Shown here: positions 22,568 to 34,098 of the stretch, piece after piece
Numbering within the stretch: the stretch's first letter is position 1
Layout: the number at the start of each line of letters is the position of its first letter
NCBI GenBank assembly: GCA_002328585.1
Contig: DCUV01000032.1
Location: forward strand, 109,173-173,172
Reading direction: 5' to 3'
Length of the DNA stretch: 64,000 nt
DNA from: Spirochaetia bacterium UBA2205
GTDB taxonomy: Bacteria > Spirochaetota > UBA4802 > UB4802
The notes under the pieces: model-generated
What the model was told of the DNA's origin: nothing
The model's input: only the letters and a program-made list of their open reading frames with translations
The model's database searches: none
Program-made: the position numbers and the translations under genes

Positions 22568-24550
22568 TTACTTGCCCTGCAATTTTTTTGCATCATTGAT
22601 AAGTGTATCAACAACAGTTGGGTCAGCCAGCGTTGAAGTATCACCCATACCCGATTTTTCAAATTCGCCAGCAGCAATCTTCTTTAAGATTCGTCGCATA
22701 ATCTTCCCTGAACGAGTTTTTGGCAAAACATCTGCCCATTGAATCATTTCAGGTGTTGCAATAGGTCCAATCTCTTTACGGACATGAGCAACAAGCTCCT
22801 TCTTAAGTTCGTCACTCTTTTCTACACCAGTATTTAACGTTACAAACGCATAAATTGACTGTCCCTTAATCTCATGAGGATATCCAACCACAGCAGCTTC
22901 AGCTACTTTGGGATGTGCAACAAGAGCAGATTCTATCTCAGCAGTACCCATACGATGTCCAGATACGTTGATAACATCATCAACACGGCCTGTTATCTGA
23001 TAGTATCCATCTTTGTCCCGTTTAGAGCCATCACCTGTAAAGTACTTACCAGGAAACTGAGTAAAGTATGTATTAAAAAATCGTTCTGGATCTCCATAAA
23101 CTCCTCTCATCTGCCCTGGCCATGCTCTCTTTATACAAAGATTTCCGGTGCATACACCTTCAAGCTCTGTACCATTATCATCAACAATACATGGCTCCAC
23201 ACCAAAGAATGGTACTGTTGCCATAGCCGGTTTAATATCAATTGCTCCTGGTAGCGGAGTAATTAAAATACCGCCGGTTTCTGTCTGCCACCATGTATCA
23301 ACTATTGGACACTCACCCCTGCCTATCTTATGGTAATACCAGTTCCATGCCTCTGGATTAAGAGGTTCACCAACAGAACCTAATAGCTGAATGGAAGAAA
23401 TATCATGTTTGTCAACCCAGCTATCACCTTCTTTTGCTAACGCCCTGATAGCAGTTGGAGCTGTATAAAAGATATTTACTTTATATTTCTCAACAATTGC
23501 CCAGAATCTTCCAAAATCCGGATATGTGGGAACACCTTCAAACATAATGGTTGTTGCACCATTTGCCAGTGGTCCATATACAATATACGAGTGACCGGTT
23601 ACCCAGCCAACATCTGCTGTACACCAATAGATATCACCATCATGATAATCAAAAATAATTTTGTGAGTGTAAGCAACATAGGTTAAATATCCACCGGTGG
23701 TGTGCATTACACCTTTTGGTTTTCCTGTTGAACCTGATGTATAAAGAATAAACATTGGATCTTCTGCATCCATCTGTTCTGCCGGGCAGTTAGCATCTGC
23801 TTTAGCCATCTCTTCTTCATACCACTTATCCATCTTATCATTCCAGTTGACCTGAATCTTGCTGCCAACCCTCTTTACAACAATGTGCAAACGAACCGTT
23901 GGGCACTCAGCAATTGCTTTATCAGCAGTGTCTTTTTGGGGAACAGCTTTTGCTCCTCGGAAAGTACCGTCACATGATATCAGCACTTCAGATTTGCAGT
24001 CCTGAATTCGGTCACGCAGTGCTTCGGCAGAAAATCCGCCAAAAACTACTGAGTGAACTGCACCAATTCGTGTACAGGCTAAAATACCAATTGCAAGTTC
24101 CGGGATCATGGGGAGGAAGAATGTAACACGGTCACCTTTCTTTACACCATTCTTCTTTAATACATTGGCAAACTTACACACCTGCTCATGAAGCTCCTTA
24201 TACGTGAACTTCCTGTCTTCGGTTGGCTCATTGCCTTCCCAGATCAATGCGATCTGATTACCCCGTTTTTCAAGGTGTCTGTCCAGACAGTTGTATGATA
24301 CATTAACCTTACCATTTACAAACCATCGTACCCAGAGGTCCTTTGAAGTTGTACCATAATTGCAATCCATAACCTTGTCCCATTTTTTGAACCAGGTCAC
24401 GTATTCTTCTGCAATCTTGCCCCAGAACCCTTCTGGGTTAGCTAATGACTCTTTCCAGATCTTTTCGTACTCAGCCCGGCTCTTTATATACGCTTTTTTG
24501 CGGAATTTCTCTGGAACCGGGTAAATCTCTTTTAATGTAACTTCTGCCAT
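22568..24550 (-). CDS. acs: Acetyl-CoA synthetase (660 aa)
   Basis: ORF track; AMP-binding motifs ([19 protein letters not shown]) and Acs-type C-terminus (RSGKIMRR). Confidence 0.9.
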   Translation of the reverse strand: MAEVTLKEIYPVPEKFRKKAYIKSRAEYEKIWKESLANPEGFWGKIAEEYVTWFKKWDKVMDCNYGTTSKDLWVRWFVNGKVNVSYNCLDRHLEKRGNQIALIWEGNEPTEDRKFTYKELHEQVCKFANVLKKNGVKKGDRVTFFLPMIPELAIGILACTRIGAVHSVVFGGFSAEALRDRIQDCKSEVLISCDGTFRGAKAVPQKDTADKAIAECPTVRLHIVVKRVGSKIQVNWNDKMDKWYEEEMAKADANCPAEQMDAEDPMFILYTSGSTGKPKGVMHTTGGYLTYVAYTHKIIFDYHDGDIYWCTADVGWVTGHSYIVYGPLANGATTIMFEGVPTYPDFGRFWAIVEKYKVNIFYTAPTAIRALAKEGDSWVDKHDISSIQLLGSVGEPLNPEAWNWYYHKIGRGECPIVDTWWQTETGGILITPLPGAIDIKPAMATVPFFGVEPCIVDDNGTELEGVCTGNLCIKRAWPGQMRGVYGDPERFFNTYFTQFPGKYFTGDGSKRDKDGYYQITGRVDDVINVSGHRMGTAEIESALVAHPKVAEAAVVGYPHEIKGQSIYAFVTLNTGVEKSDELKKELVAHVRKEIGPIATPEMIQWADVLPKTRSGKIMRRILKKIAAGEFEKSGMGDTSTLADPTVVDTLINDAKKLQGK

Positions 24551-24615
24551 CTATTACCTCCGATGTTTATATTGTAATATGCACATTATGGGCTCCGCTT
24601 ACAACGGTTTACCCT

Positions 24616-25215
24616 TTAAGCATTCTTAATTTGTTCTTTTAAATATGTAGCAATCATTGAATCGTACTGTGATGTCAACTCAAAAACTTTGATTGCCAGC
24701 CTAAAATTTGTTTCTTCTGACACACATCCATCATTCAATTTCATCTCGCTTAAGACAGAATCATAATCTTCAGGGTCAACAATAACGGTTACATATTTAT
24801 AATTTTTAGCAGATGATCTAAGCATTGCAGGTCCGCCAATATCTATATTTTCAATTGCCTCGTCAAGGGTACATCCTCTGGAAATTGTCTGTTGAAATGG
24901 GTAAAGATTAATCACCACCATATCAATGGGTATTATACCATGTTTCTGCATTGCTTCTATATGTTCAGGATTATCACGCAATCCCAATAGCGCACCGTGT
25001 ATTTTTGGATGGAGCGTCTTTACCCTCCCATCCATCATTTCCGGAAACCCGGTGTAATCTGAAACTTCAGTAGCATCAATACCATTATCCCTGAGAAGCC
25101 TGGCAGTGCCTCCTGTAGACAAAATTGCAACACCACCATTATTGAGCTTTTTAGCAAACGGTATTATCCCCGACTTATCAGACAAACTTATCAATGCTCT
25201 TTTGATTGCAGTCAT
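24616..25215 (-). CDS. IMP cyclohydrolase, stand-alone MGS-like N-terminal domain of PurH (199 aa)
   Basis: ORF track; PurH N-domain signature (LISLSDKSG...STGGTA...[29 protein letters not shown]...[11 protein letters not shown]); ends where the AICAR transformylase domain would begin. Confidence 0.8.
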   Translation of the reverse strand: MTAIKRALISLSDKSGIIPFAKKLNNGGVAILSTGGTARLLRDNGIDATEVSDYTGFPEMMDGRVKTLHPKIHGALLGLRDNPEHIEAMQKHGIIPIDMVVINLYPFQQTISRGCTLDEAIENIDIGGPAMLRSSAKNYKYVTVIVDPEDYDSVLSEMKLNDGCVSEETNFRLAIKVFELTSQYDSMIATYLKEQIKNA

Positions 25216-25626
25216 TTAAATCCTATTAAACATTTTAAATTAAACTAAAACTAATTTTTATTGTATTACTATGAATATGACCATTTGAATAATCACCTTG
25301 AAAAATACAAGCATTTTTTAAAAATGAACAAAACCTGTATAATTTAACAGATTTTAATACAACGCTTGGTATATTTTTGTGAATGTTAATCCTCCTATTT
25401 TGATTAGTAGTACCTCACAAAAAATCATTATTTAGCTGTCAACAATTGTTCATCATATTAATCTAAAATCCCTCCCCACAAACAGATTATTCAGATAATG
25501 TTATCCAGCAGCATACCCTTGATGCCATGATAGACCTTTGGTTATCTTCCATTTGCTATATCTATTTCATGTTGCTAAATAAATTTTTTATTTTATTGTT
25601 GACGATAGCCTATTATAGTATTATTT

Positions 25627-25643
25627 TATACTAAAATAGTATA
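25627..25643. promoter_or_regulatory. Perfect palindrome TATACTA-AAA-TAGTATA upstream of the TetR gene; candidate operator
   Basis: Read directly, 22 nt upstream of the tetR ATG; TTGACG -35-like hexamer at 25599-25604. Confidence 0.4.
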
Positions 25644-25664
25644 AAAGTATAAAATGATACCATT

Positions 25665-26240
25665 ATGATAAAACGAAAACAACAACAGATTCTTCGCACT
25701 GCTGAGATTATGTTCAACAGGTTTGGGGTAAAAAAAACAGCCGTTGATGATATTGCCCATGATGCACGGGTTGCAAAGGCAACTATCTATAATTATTTTG
25801 GCAGTAAAGAGGGATTGCTCAAAGCGTTGATTCTGGAAAAGATACAGCAATTCGATCAAAAATTACAGGAGCTCCTTACTGCAAACACTCAACCCATTGA
25901 AAAAATGAAAACATTGATCAGGGAGCATATTCAGCTTTTTATTAACAATCCATTTATTAAAGACTCTTCACTCCACGATGAGGATTTTTCTGAAGAACTC
26001 AATGTAAGTGAACAGCATATTTTACAAAAGATCATTTCTGAAGCTTCAAAAGCAGGTTTATTGCATAATGCAAATAGTCAGCAGATCATCAATGCCATGC
26101 AGCTTTTCCTGAAAGGTATTGAAGCAACATTAAAAAACAGCATTACCTATTCCTTAGATTCTTTAGAGTCAAGTATTGATTTTATCTCCAATTCAATATT
26201 TAAAACTAACAAAATAAATGGAGGCAAAACCAATGCATGA
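25665..26240 (+). CDS. TetR/AcrR family transcriptional regulator
   Basis: ORF track, 191 aa; N-terminal HTH (RTAEIMFNRFGVKKTAVDDIAHDARVAKATIYNYFGSKEGL). Confidence 0.85.
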   Translation: MIKRKQQQILRTAEIMFNRFGVKKTAVDDIAHDARVAKATIYNYFGSKEGLLKALILEKIQQFDQKLQELLTANTQPIEKMKTLIREHIQLFINNPFIKDSSLHDEDFSEELNVSEQHILQKIISEASKAGLLHNANSQQIINAMQLFLKGIEATLKNSITYSLDSLESSIDFISNSIFKTNKINGGKTNA

Positions 26241-26976
26241 TTATCAGCTGATGCTGTTTGAGTTTATCATCTTTTCTACAGCAGGGTGGCTGTTAGAAGT
26301 TATCTATCGTTCGCTCAATAATAAAATATTTGTAAATCCAGGTTTTTTAACGGGACCATATCTTCCCATTTACGGAATAGGTGCAGTTATCATAACAACT
26401 ATCGCCTATGCAACTATTTCTGTTTCCATTATCTATAAATTTTTGATCTATTTTGCAGCATTGAGTATACTGGAATATGTATCAGGGGTGTTACTATATA
26501 TTCTGTTTGGCAAGCGTTACTGGAATTATTTAGATGAACCACTGAATATACAGGGATTTGTATGTTTACCATTTTCAATTATCTGGGGGTTGCTTGCACT
26601 GTCATTTGAATATGCACTGCTCCCAATGTTTATACATTTTTATACCACCATACCTGCAGCTCTGGTAAATACTATAGTTTTTTCAGGCTTAACCATAATG
26701 ATGATAGATTGCCTGCTTACGCATAATGTTGTGCAAAAGATTATTAATGCAAAAAAAGCTCCTTTTTTCTTTCAGCATACATTGCCTATACGTTTTCAGA
26801 ATGATGCTCTCATTACATTACGTTATTTTTTTGATAATGCCATTTCTTATCGAAAAAAAATAAATAAAATGATACCGCCAAAACCATTACGTATGGTAAT
26901 CAGTATCAAGGAACGTTACGCCTTGCTCCTTCAAAGCATAACAAAAATGCTTAATAATCATAATAAATATAAATAA
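26233..26976 (+). CDS. Membrane protein of the 'putative ABC-transporter type IV' family (PF06541-like)
   Basis: ORF 26218..26976 trimmed to the ATG at 26233 preceded by GGAGG; GWLLEVIY and NPGFLTGPYLPIYGIGA motifs recalled for this family; multi-TM. Confidence 0.55.
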   Translation: MHDYQLMLFEFIIFSTAGWLLEVIYRSLNNKIFVNPGFLTGPYLPIYGIGAVIITTIAYATISVSIIYKFLIYFAALSILEYVSGVLLYILFGKRYWNYLDEPLNIQGFVCLPFSIIWGLLALSFEYALLPMFIHFYTTIPAALVNTIVFSGLTIMMIDCLLTHNVVQKIINAKKAPFFFQHTLPIRFQNDALITLRYFFDNAISYRKKINKMIPPKPLRMVISIKERYALLLQSITKMLNNHNKYK

Positions 26977-26978
26977 CT

Positions 26979-27500
26979 ATGGAAACCAAACTATTTGAGT
27001 CATTACCATTTGTGCAGGATATCCTGTCGCATCCTGCATTTAATACCTTGAAAAATTTTGCTCATCATGGCACAATCAGTTGCTATCAGCATACCATTGC
27101 AGTTGCACAATTAGCGTATCAATTATCACGATTACTGCATCTGGATTATATCGCTGCAACACGGGGTGCATTGCTGCATGACTTCTATATGTACAACTGG
27201 CGCACTGGCGGTCCACGCCTGCATGGTTTACGCCATCCACACATAGCGCTTAACAATGCTGCAAAACATTTTGATATATCGAAAAAAGAAAAAGATATCA
27301 TCCTTAAACATATGTGGCCACTAACCCCGATACCACCTCGCTATGGTGAATCATGGGTGGTTACCTTCGTTGATAAGATAGTATCGCTCAGTGATTATGC
27401 ACGAGTCATCAAAGATAAGATGGCAGCTGTGAATATTTATTTTTATCACAAGCTAAACAAATTGTGGAGAGCTATCGCCCCCTTCCAATCAGAGCAATGA
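26979..27500 (+). CDS. HD-domain protein (173 aa)
   Basis: ORF track; H..H...LLHDFYMY HD motif; third gene of the tetR-membrane-HD operon. Confidence 0.7.
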   Translation: METKLFESLPFVQDILSHPAFNTLKNFAHHGTISCYQHTIAVAQLAYQLSRLLHLDYIAATRGALLHDFYMYNWRTGGPRLHGLRHPHIALNNAAKHFDISKKEKDIILKHMWPLTPIPPRYGESWVVTFVDKIVSLSDYARVIKDKMAAVNIYFYHKLNKLWRAIAPFQSEQ

Positions 27501-28635
27501 CAGGCAATCCACCATTGTTAAATTGTATCTCTTTTGTTACAGGAACAGTAAAGGTATGCCGCAGTGTTACAGGGATGATAATGCAAAAGCTCCATGCAGG
27601 ATACCAGTATTCAAAAATATACGATAGTCTGCTATATATTGCCGCTATGTCATCATCAGCTATTCGCTTTCCATAAGGAGGATTCATTGCACACAAGATA
27701 TGTTTCCCTTCAAGCGTTAATTTTTCAGTAAGAAAATCACCACTATAGGTAACCATTGCAGCACCAGGTATAGTACAATTTTTTTTGGCGATAGTAACCA
27801 TTGAAGGGTCCCTGTCGCCGGCAACTATTGTTGCACCATGGCTTTCCCTGTTTATTGATGATACCAGTGAATGGCATGCCTCTTTTCTGAATGATGGCCA
27901 GTGCATAAAGGCAAAACCACGATTTATCCCTGGAAAAAAATTATTTACCATACACCATGCTTCAATAGGGAATGTTCCGCTGCCACACATTGGATCAATG
28001 ATAACATCATAGCTGGTTATATCGCATTCATACAGCAATGCTGCTGCTATCGTTTCCCGCAATGGTGCCCGCCCAACGTGCTGCTTATATCCTCTCTTAT
28101 ACAACGGATCACCGGTTGTATCCAGACTGACACCACACTGGTCATGATCAAACCGTACATAAATTGTTTGTGCACGGAGCTGGTCAGTATTGATGTGCAG
28201 TCCAAAATCACTCATTCTCTTTTCTACGGCGTTAAGCACTTCTTCACCAATTCTATCGGTATGATGCAGCTTTGATTTGTGAACCGATACTTCAACAGTA
28301 ATAGACGTCTCACTGCTTATATATAGTTCCCATGGAAAATTTCTTAGTGTGCGATAAATCTCATTAAAGTGCAGAGCCCTGAATTCTGTTAAGCGCATGA
28401 TGATACGTGTCGCAACACGGCTAAACATATTTGCTTTATAGCTATCGTAAAGATATCCGCGGAATACTATCCCACCTTTTGTAATAGCCAGCGGTTTGAT
28501 GTCCATGTGTGATAGCTCATTGAATGCAATCTGTTCAAAGCCAGGCTGAACAATTGTAAAAAATGTATGAATCCGCTTAATTACATGATGATACACCCTC
28601 CGTTGTATTGCTTTTTGTGAATTGGACAGTTGCAT
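27472..28635 (-). CDS. THUMP-domain class I SAM-dependent RNA methyltransferase (RlmL/YpsC-like, NPPY type)
   Basis: ORF track, 387 aa; N-terminal THUMP region; motif I DPMCGSGTF and motif IV NPPYG. Confidence 0.8.
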   Translation of the reverse strand: MQLSNSQKAIQRRVYHHVIKRIHTFFTIVQPGFEQIAFNELSHMDIKPLAITKGGIVFRGYLYDSYKANMFSRVATRIIMRLTEFRALHFNEIYRTLRNFPWELYISSETSITVEVSVHKSKLHHTDRIGEEVLNAVEKRMSDFGLHINTDQLRAQTIYVRFDHDQCGVSLDTTGDPLYKRGYKQHVGRAPLRETIAAALLYECDITSYDVIIDPMCGSGTFPIEAWCMVNNFFPGINRGFAFMHWPSFRKEACHSLVSSINRESHGATIVAGDRDPSMVTIAKKNCTIPGAAMVTYSGDFLTEKLTLEGKHILCAMNPPYGKRIADDDIAAIYSRLSYIFEYWYPAWSFCIIIPVTLRHTFTVPVTKEIQFNNGGLPVIALIGRGR

Positions 28636-28637
28636 AA

Positions 28638-29777
28638 TTATGTTCTGTCAAATACAGCCAGAAGTTCTACATGCTGAGTCTGAGGAAACATATCATACGC
28701 CTTGCAAAATTGCAATGTATACTCCTGCATTATTGCTCCCGCATCGGAAGCAAATGTTACAGGATTGCACGACATATACACAATCCTTTTAGCATGGATA
28801 TCCAGAAGTTTTTGCACTACCTTTTGTTCCAATCCCGTTCGTGGTGGGTCAACAACTATGACATCAAACTTATCAGAATGCGTGCTGAAATAATTCATGG
28901 CATCTGATTCAATAAACACAGCATTGGGTACTGCATTTATCAATGCATTTTCTTTGGCAATCATTACTGCTTCAGGATTACACTCTACCCCGGTAACAGT
29001 TTCAACATTATTTGCTATAAAAAGGCTAATACTTCCTACGCCACAGTATATATCAAGAGCTCTGCCATAAACATGCTTTGCAATCTCCGTATACATCATC
29101 TGTGTAACATGGGTGTTAGCCTGAAAAAACGAATTGGGGGTAATACGGTAGCAAATCCTGTTAAGCTTTTCTTCTATGTATCCCTGTTTTATATCCTCAA
29201 TCACCCTTCCATAACTAAGATCAGTCAATCCATCATTTAATACCAGTGACATGGAAGTAACCCTATCAGCTATTGCATCAATTATCGCTTTACAATTATT
29301 TTCATGCCGCGCAACAACAAAATTAACCATCACCTGCCCTGTATTAAATCCTTCACGTAAAACAATATATCGCAGATACCCCCTATGGGTATGATAATCG
29401 TAATCCTCAATACCTGCCAGCTTTTGCCGTATTGTTGCAAAGAGTGCTCTGCTACTATTTTGTAATAGCAGACAATCTTCCAGATCAACAACATGACGCC
29501 AGTTGCCCCGTTTTCTAAGTCCCATCCTGCCAAAAGCAGTTACATAATCCATTCGATTGCGATACCCCAATGGACGTGATGGTATCACTTCTTCAATGGA
29601 TACTATACCTTCAAGCACTTTATTACAATAGTCTTTTTTGATCAACAACTGAGCATCATAGTTAATATGTTGCAATAGACAACCGCCACACTCACCAGCA
29701 TGCTGACAGGATGGCGATACATGTTTATCTGCATACTGCTGTGCAACAGTGTATAAAAGCTTAGGATGTTTTTTCAA
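28638..29777 (-). CDS. 23S rRNA (uracil-C5)-methyltransferase RlmD/RumA family with [4Fe-4S] cluster Cys
   Basis: ORF track, 379 aa; Cys cluster CQHAGECGGC, SAM motif DIYCGVGSISL, DPPRTG and catalytic Cys (MSCNP). Confidence 0.85.
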   Translation of the reverse strand: MKKHPKLLYTVAQQYADKHVSPSCQHAGECGGCLLQHINYDAQLLIKKDYCNKVLEGIVSIEEVIPSRPLGYRNRMDYVTAFGRMGLRKRGNWRHVVDLEDCLLLQNSSRALFATIRQKLAGIEDYDYHTHRGYLRYIVLREGFNTGQVMVNFVVARHENNCKAIIDAIADRVTSMSLVLNDGLTDLSYGRVIEDIKQGYIEEKLNRICYRITPNSFFQANTHVTQMMYTEIAKHVYGRALDIYCGVGSISLFIANNVETVTGVECNPEAVMIAKENALINAVPNAVFIESDAMNYFSTHSDKFDVIVVDPPRTGLEQKVVQKLLDIHAKRIVYMSCNPVTFASDAGAIMQEYTLQFCKAYDMFPQTQHVELLAVFDRT

Positions 29778-29783
29778 TGTTTT

Positions 29784-31349
29784 CTACTCCAAACCTGTAA
29801 TCTGCACATTGTCAGGGTACTCAACTGTAAAATGAACTTTTAACTCCTTTTTCTGGTTAGAACCAAGGACAACATTCCATGTTACTTTCCCCTGACTATC
29901 GATAGTTGCCCCAATAGTATCTTTGTTTACAAGAATGACTTCAATTTTTTCATTTTGCGACACAGGAATGGTATCCTGAACTGTTACCGTTATATCACGC
30001 TTTTTTCCATTATTCAGTGTAATTGAATACACATACTCAATACGTTTTGTTTTGTTCACTATTCCCTTATATTCAGTTTTTTTGCTTACAAGCTTACGCT
30101 CTACCGCTATACTTTCATCGACACCCAATCCAATGGTTACGGTTTCTTTCGGAACATATATCTTATTAAGGCTAAACGAGTTTACATATTTGCCATCTAA
30201 ATAAACAGTCACACTCCCACTCTGGAGGGGAAAATCAAATGGATTTACAAATTCCCCCTCTAACATGATATATGCTAAAATTTTAGGAATGGTAGTGTAT
30301 CGTAATGTACAACCTGTAACCGAGCTGGCAATAGCAAGCTTATAACGATTTCCATCAGAAGGTATTGTTTTATGCCCTTTAACAAGAAATGAAATAGCTA
30401 TCGCCTCCTGTTGCATTTCAGGCATTTCTTCGGGAGAAGGTGCTCGAGACAATGCATCTTCATCCTGTACTGCCATGCTTTTTGCAGACTCTTTATAATA
30501 CACAGGTCGATAAATATCCAGGTACCATGGATTTAGCTGAGGAAGTTGTGTTGCCACAAAGGGTTTTGCCGTCGATAGCTCCACTGCAACATTGTTCCAG
30601 TCTTCACCGGTATTTTGAGCAACAAGGGCATTGCATGTTATATCTGTAGTAGATTTTTCTGTATCTGTCCGCATGTCATATTCCATATCCCAGCCAGCAT
30701 TACCAGTGATATATTGTAAAAGTACTGTTGCATTGTTGTTCCCTGTATTGTATACAGTTAATTTCAGCGTTTTACTTGCCTCATTTGTGTTGAGCAGTGC
30801 CAGTTCTTTTTCCAGACGCTCTTTTTCCTGATTGAGCTTTTGCAGTGCTTGCTGTAACTTTGCTATTTTGATATAACTTTGATTGGAATATTGCTCAATC
30901 AATTGTAATATAGAATTCATTTCAGCAGCGGTCATCTTTATGGAAAATGGCGAAGTACTGCCTTTCTTGATATATTCCAGCACTGAATTAATTGAAGCAA
31001 TCTCATTCTGTTTTCCTGTTATATCATCCTTTATTGCGTTTAGCTTTTCCAAAACTGTATTAATACGTTTTGCGTCGCCCTTTTGCAAATAGGTTGTCTC
31101 TAATCGTACATCCTGCAAAACAGCATCCTTCACAATAACCTGCACAGATTCATCAACCATTGCAGCAGGTAAGTTTGTGATGACAATTTCATTTACCGCT
31201 TTATTCAGCGTCATCTTTGCTTCTTTTTTAATCATAGCACTATCATGGTATACGATTACCTTTGATATTTCTGGCTTTATTGTCTCGGCATAAAGAATAT
31301 TAATGCTCATGAAACAGATAATCATTGAACCAATACAATATTTTTTCAT
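29784..31349 (-). CDS. Secreted DUF4139-domain protein (mucoidy-inhibitor MuiA-like, 521 aa)
   Basis: ORF track; signal peptide, coiled-coil middle region, C-terminal beta-rich domain; family assignment from memory. Confidence 0.5.
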   Translation of the reverse strand: MKKYCIGSMIICFMSINILYAETIKPEISKVIVYHDSAMIKKEAKMTLNKAVNEIVITNLPAAMVDESVQVIVKDAVLQDVRLETTYLQKGDAKRINTVLEKLNAIKDDITGKQNEIASINSVLEYIKKGSTSPFSIKMTAAEMNSILQLIEQYSNQSYIKIAKLQQALQKLNQEKERLEKELALLNTNEASKTLKLTVYNTGNNNATVLLQYITGNAGWDMEYDMRTDTEKSTTDITCNALVAQNTGEDWNNVAVELSTAKPFVATQLPQLNPWYLDIYRPVYYKESAKSMAVQDEDALSRAPSPEEMPEMQQEAIAISFLVKGHKTIPSDGNRYKLAIASSVTGCTLRYTTIPKILAYIMLEGEFVNPFDFPLQSGSVTVYLDGKYVNSFSLNKIYVPKETVTIGLGVDESIAVERKLVSKKTEYKGIVNKTKRIEYVYSITLNNGKKRDITVTVQDTIPVSQNEKIEVILVNKDTIGATIDSQGKVTWNVVLGSNQKKELKVHFTVEYPDNVQITGLE

Positions 31350-31465
31350 ACATTCGCTCCTTATATAATTTAATATCGTTTTTAACTATCATGATGATGC
31401 ATATTGTCTGCTACCATGGCAGGATTTTTTGAACCTCTCTTTGTACGATAGTTCCTTAAATACTG

Positions 31466-32257
31466 TCATCGTTGCACTCGTATCTGTGCAATCTGCCGTG
31501 AGAGCAGCACAAGCCTTTCTTCTTCATCCCATATTTCGCCATCTGTTTCAAGTAATCCATTGGTAATGAACCGTGTACGCGAATAAAACTTTAACCACTG
31601 TGAGTGAGGCATATTACGTATATTAATTGACAACTCAATCGTTGGAACCCATGCAACAAGTCCTAAACTTACAAATACTGCCGGGGGTATTACATCTGCC
31701 ATAAGCAAAAGTGCAGGGATATCATATATTCTTTCTTCACAAAATGCAAGCCATCCTTTTTGAATTGATTTATCACGTAAATTCCCATATATCCAACCCG
31801 ATGAATAGGGATCAAGCCGTATAGCAACATTGGATAAGACTCGAAACGCTGGCGTCTCAGGAAGTGGAAGACAATCCTGTATAGCAGCTACATCAGGTGA
31901 TTTGCATTCATATCTTTCAATATACTGGTCATTGTTATTACTGCCAAACGTTCCCCACGCTCTTATTTTTTCATTACCCTGCTGAAACAAGCTTGCCTGG
32001 TACCTATTAAATTGTGAAGACTGCCCAAAGCATTCAATATTTACATTAGCTTCTCCAGGCTTGCAACGTTGTATATAATTTGCTGTTATGATAGGAGTTG
32101 TTTTCTTATCACTTTGTCGTAGCATTGCATTGCTCAACAATGCAATAAGATAACCACCATTAGGGATAGTATTAATTAACCAATTCTCTGAGATAGTTGC
32201 TTTAAATGCATTGTTGCCTGTTTCAACAAGGGCGATATCCTGATCAAAAATATGCAT
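31466..32257 (-). CDS. Acyl-CoA thioesterase-like (double hotdog) protein
   Basis: ORF track, 263 aa; length and residue pattern resemble TesB-like thioesterases; weak assignment. Confidence 0.4.
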   Translation of the reverse strand: MHIFDQDIALVETGNNAFKATISENWLINTIPNGGYLIALLSNAMLRQSDKKTTPIITANYIQRCKPGEANVNIECFGQSSQFNRYQASLFQQGNEKIRAWGTFGSNNNDQYIERYECKSPDVAAIQDCLPLPETPAFRVLSNVAIRLDPYSSGWIYGNLRDKSIQKGWLAFCEERIYDIPALLLMADVIPPAVFVSLGLVAWVPTIELSINIRNMPHSQWLKFYSRTRFITNGLLETDGEIWDEEERLVLLSRQIAQIRVQR

Positions 32258-32525
32258 ATGTTGTCCACACTTTTAACATTATGTAAAAAAAGTATCGTGA
32301 TATAATCTTCCAACTATTTCTATTTGACAATTTTTATAACGTATCATCACCATGGTAGCTCAATATTTATTTTTTGTCATTTTAATACCAGTATAACTAT
32401 TATTTAAAGCTTTTTTTATGATTGCTATCAAGTCGTTACATCATCATTATACCATATGATGTTCGTTACCAAACACTACCTTTTATTGCAAACTATGAAC
32501 GGTTAAACATATAGCATAAAAAAAT

Positions 32526-33923
32526 ATGAAAAAAAGATTACCATCATTTTTTGAATGCATTGCCCTGCTAACAATTACGATTGCCTTGCTTTTTGCAGGA
32601 ACAGTACTATTTAAAATACCGATACCGCTGTTGCTCATCGTTGCAGCATCAATTTCAGGTGTTAAAAGTTATCTATTAGGACACAGCTGGGCGGAGATTG
32701 AAGGGAGTATCGTCAATGGCATAAAAGGGACACTGCCTGCAATCATGATACTCATGACAGTAGGAATACTATCAGGTAGTTTTATTGCATCAGGAACTAT
32801 TCCTTTACTCATTGATTACGGACTAAAACTCATACATCCGGGATGGATTTTACCCGCCGCATATATTGTTTGCAGTATAAGCAGTCTTGTCATTGGAAGT
32901 TCATGGACAACCGCAGCAACTGTTGGTGTAGCTCTGGTTGGGATGGCAAATGCAATGCATGTTTCGCCAGCTATATGTGCTGGTGCTGTTGTATCAGGTG
33001 CTTATTTTGGCGACAAACTATCACCTCTTTCTGATACAACCAATTTAGCACCTGGAGTATCTGATACAGATTTATTTTCCCATATCAGAGCTATGATGTT
33101 TACTACAATCCCCGCGTGGGTGCTTGCTTTTATTGGCTTTTTGATTATAAACATGTATAGTGTTCCCAACAACAATACCCAATCAGAGCAAATCGTATCA
33201 TTACTACAAACTTTAGAAACTTCTTTTAATTTGAATCCTATTGTCATAACTCCACTTATGCTTGTCATTATAATGGCATTATGTAAATTTCCAGCCGTTG
33301 TAATCCTGTTATCCGGGAGTACTGTCGCCATCCTGTTTGGCTGGCTGGTACAATCACAAAATTTACTTTTTGTTTTACAATCATCATACTCTGGATTTGT
33401 TATTCATACCAACAATGAGATCATCAATAATCTATTAAATCGTGGCGGTATACTCAGTTTTCTAGAAACAACCCTTATCATACTATGCGCAACAGGTCTG
33501 GGTGGCATATGGGAAAGCGGTGGATATATTACATCCATTCACGATAATATTCTTCATAAGATCAAAACAGACAAAATGCTTATTATCTCCACTGTTTTAA
33601 CTGCAATTATTTCAAATATTATTATGGCTGAACAGTATTTATCAATTGTTATGACAGGGCGAATATATAAAGATGCCTACAAAAGGAAAAATCTTGAGCC
33701 ATATATGCTTTCCCGCTCTCTTGAGGATGGTGGTACCGTTACATCCGCGCTTGTACCATGGAATTCATGCGGCGCTTTCATGAGCTCCGCATTAGGTGTT
33801 TCCACACTACACTATTTACCCTATGCATTATTTAATCTCATTATGCCTGTTGTTGCAATAGTATTTACAGCTTTGGGCTTTTTTATCTATAAGAAAACCA
33901 ATATAAAACAGCACAATAAATGA
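32526..33923 (+). CDS. nhaC: Na+/H+ antiporter NhaC family
   Basis: ORF track, 465 aa, ~12 TM; NhaC-type conserved stretches (GSSWTTAATVGVALVGMA, PWNSCGAFM). Confidence 0.8.
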   Translation: MKKRLPSFFECIALLTITIALLFAGTVLFKIPIPLLLIVAASISGVKSYLLGHSWAEIEGSIVNGIKGTLPAIMILMTVGILSGSFIASGTIPLLIDYGLKLIHPGWILPAAYIVCSISSLVIGSSWTTAATVGVALVGMANAMHVSPAICAGAVVSGAYFGDKLSPLSDTTNLAPGVSDTDLFSHIRAMMFTTIPAWVLAFIGFLIINMYSVPNNNTQSEQIVSLLQTLETSFNLNPIVITPLMLVIIMALCKFPAVVILLSGSTVAILFGWLVQSQNLLFVLQSSYSGFVIHTNNEIINNLLNRGGILSFLETTLIILCATGLGGIWESGGYITSIHDNILHKIKTDKMLIISTVLTAIISNIIMAEQYLSIVMTGRIYKDAYKRKNLEPYMLSRSLEDGGTVTSALVPWNSCGAFMSSALGVSTLHYLPYALFNLIMPVVAIVFTALGFFIYKKTNIKQHNK

Positions 33924-34098
33924 TACAATAATAAGATAATAGTCTAAATGGCACAATTGTTTTATATGAAGGCAAAGGTTCACGTGCAAATACTTCATAT
34001 CATTGCTGCACGATACACTGTACAATATTTTTTATAAAGAGCATACATGGATATATCATAATTAATAAAAATCTTAGAAACTGTGATGAGGAGCTGTC

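Noticed and set aside
25626-25859. 77-aa minus-strand ORF overlapping the tetR start
   Set aside because: It overlaps the TetR N-terminus in antisense and runs into the operator palindrome, with no RBS.
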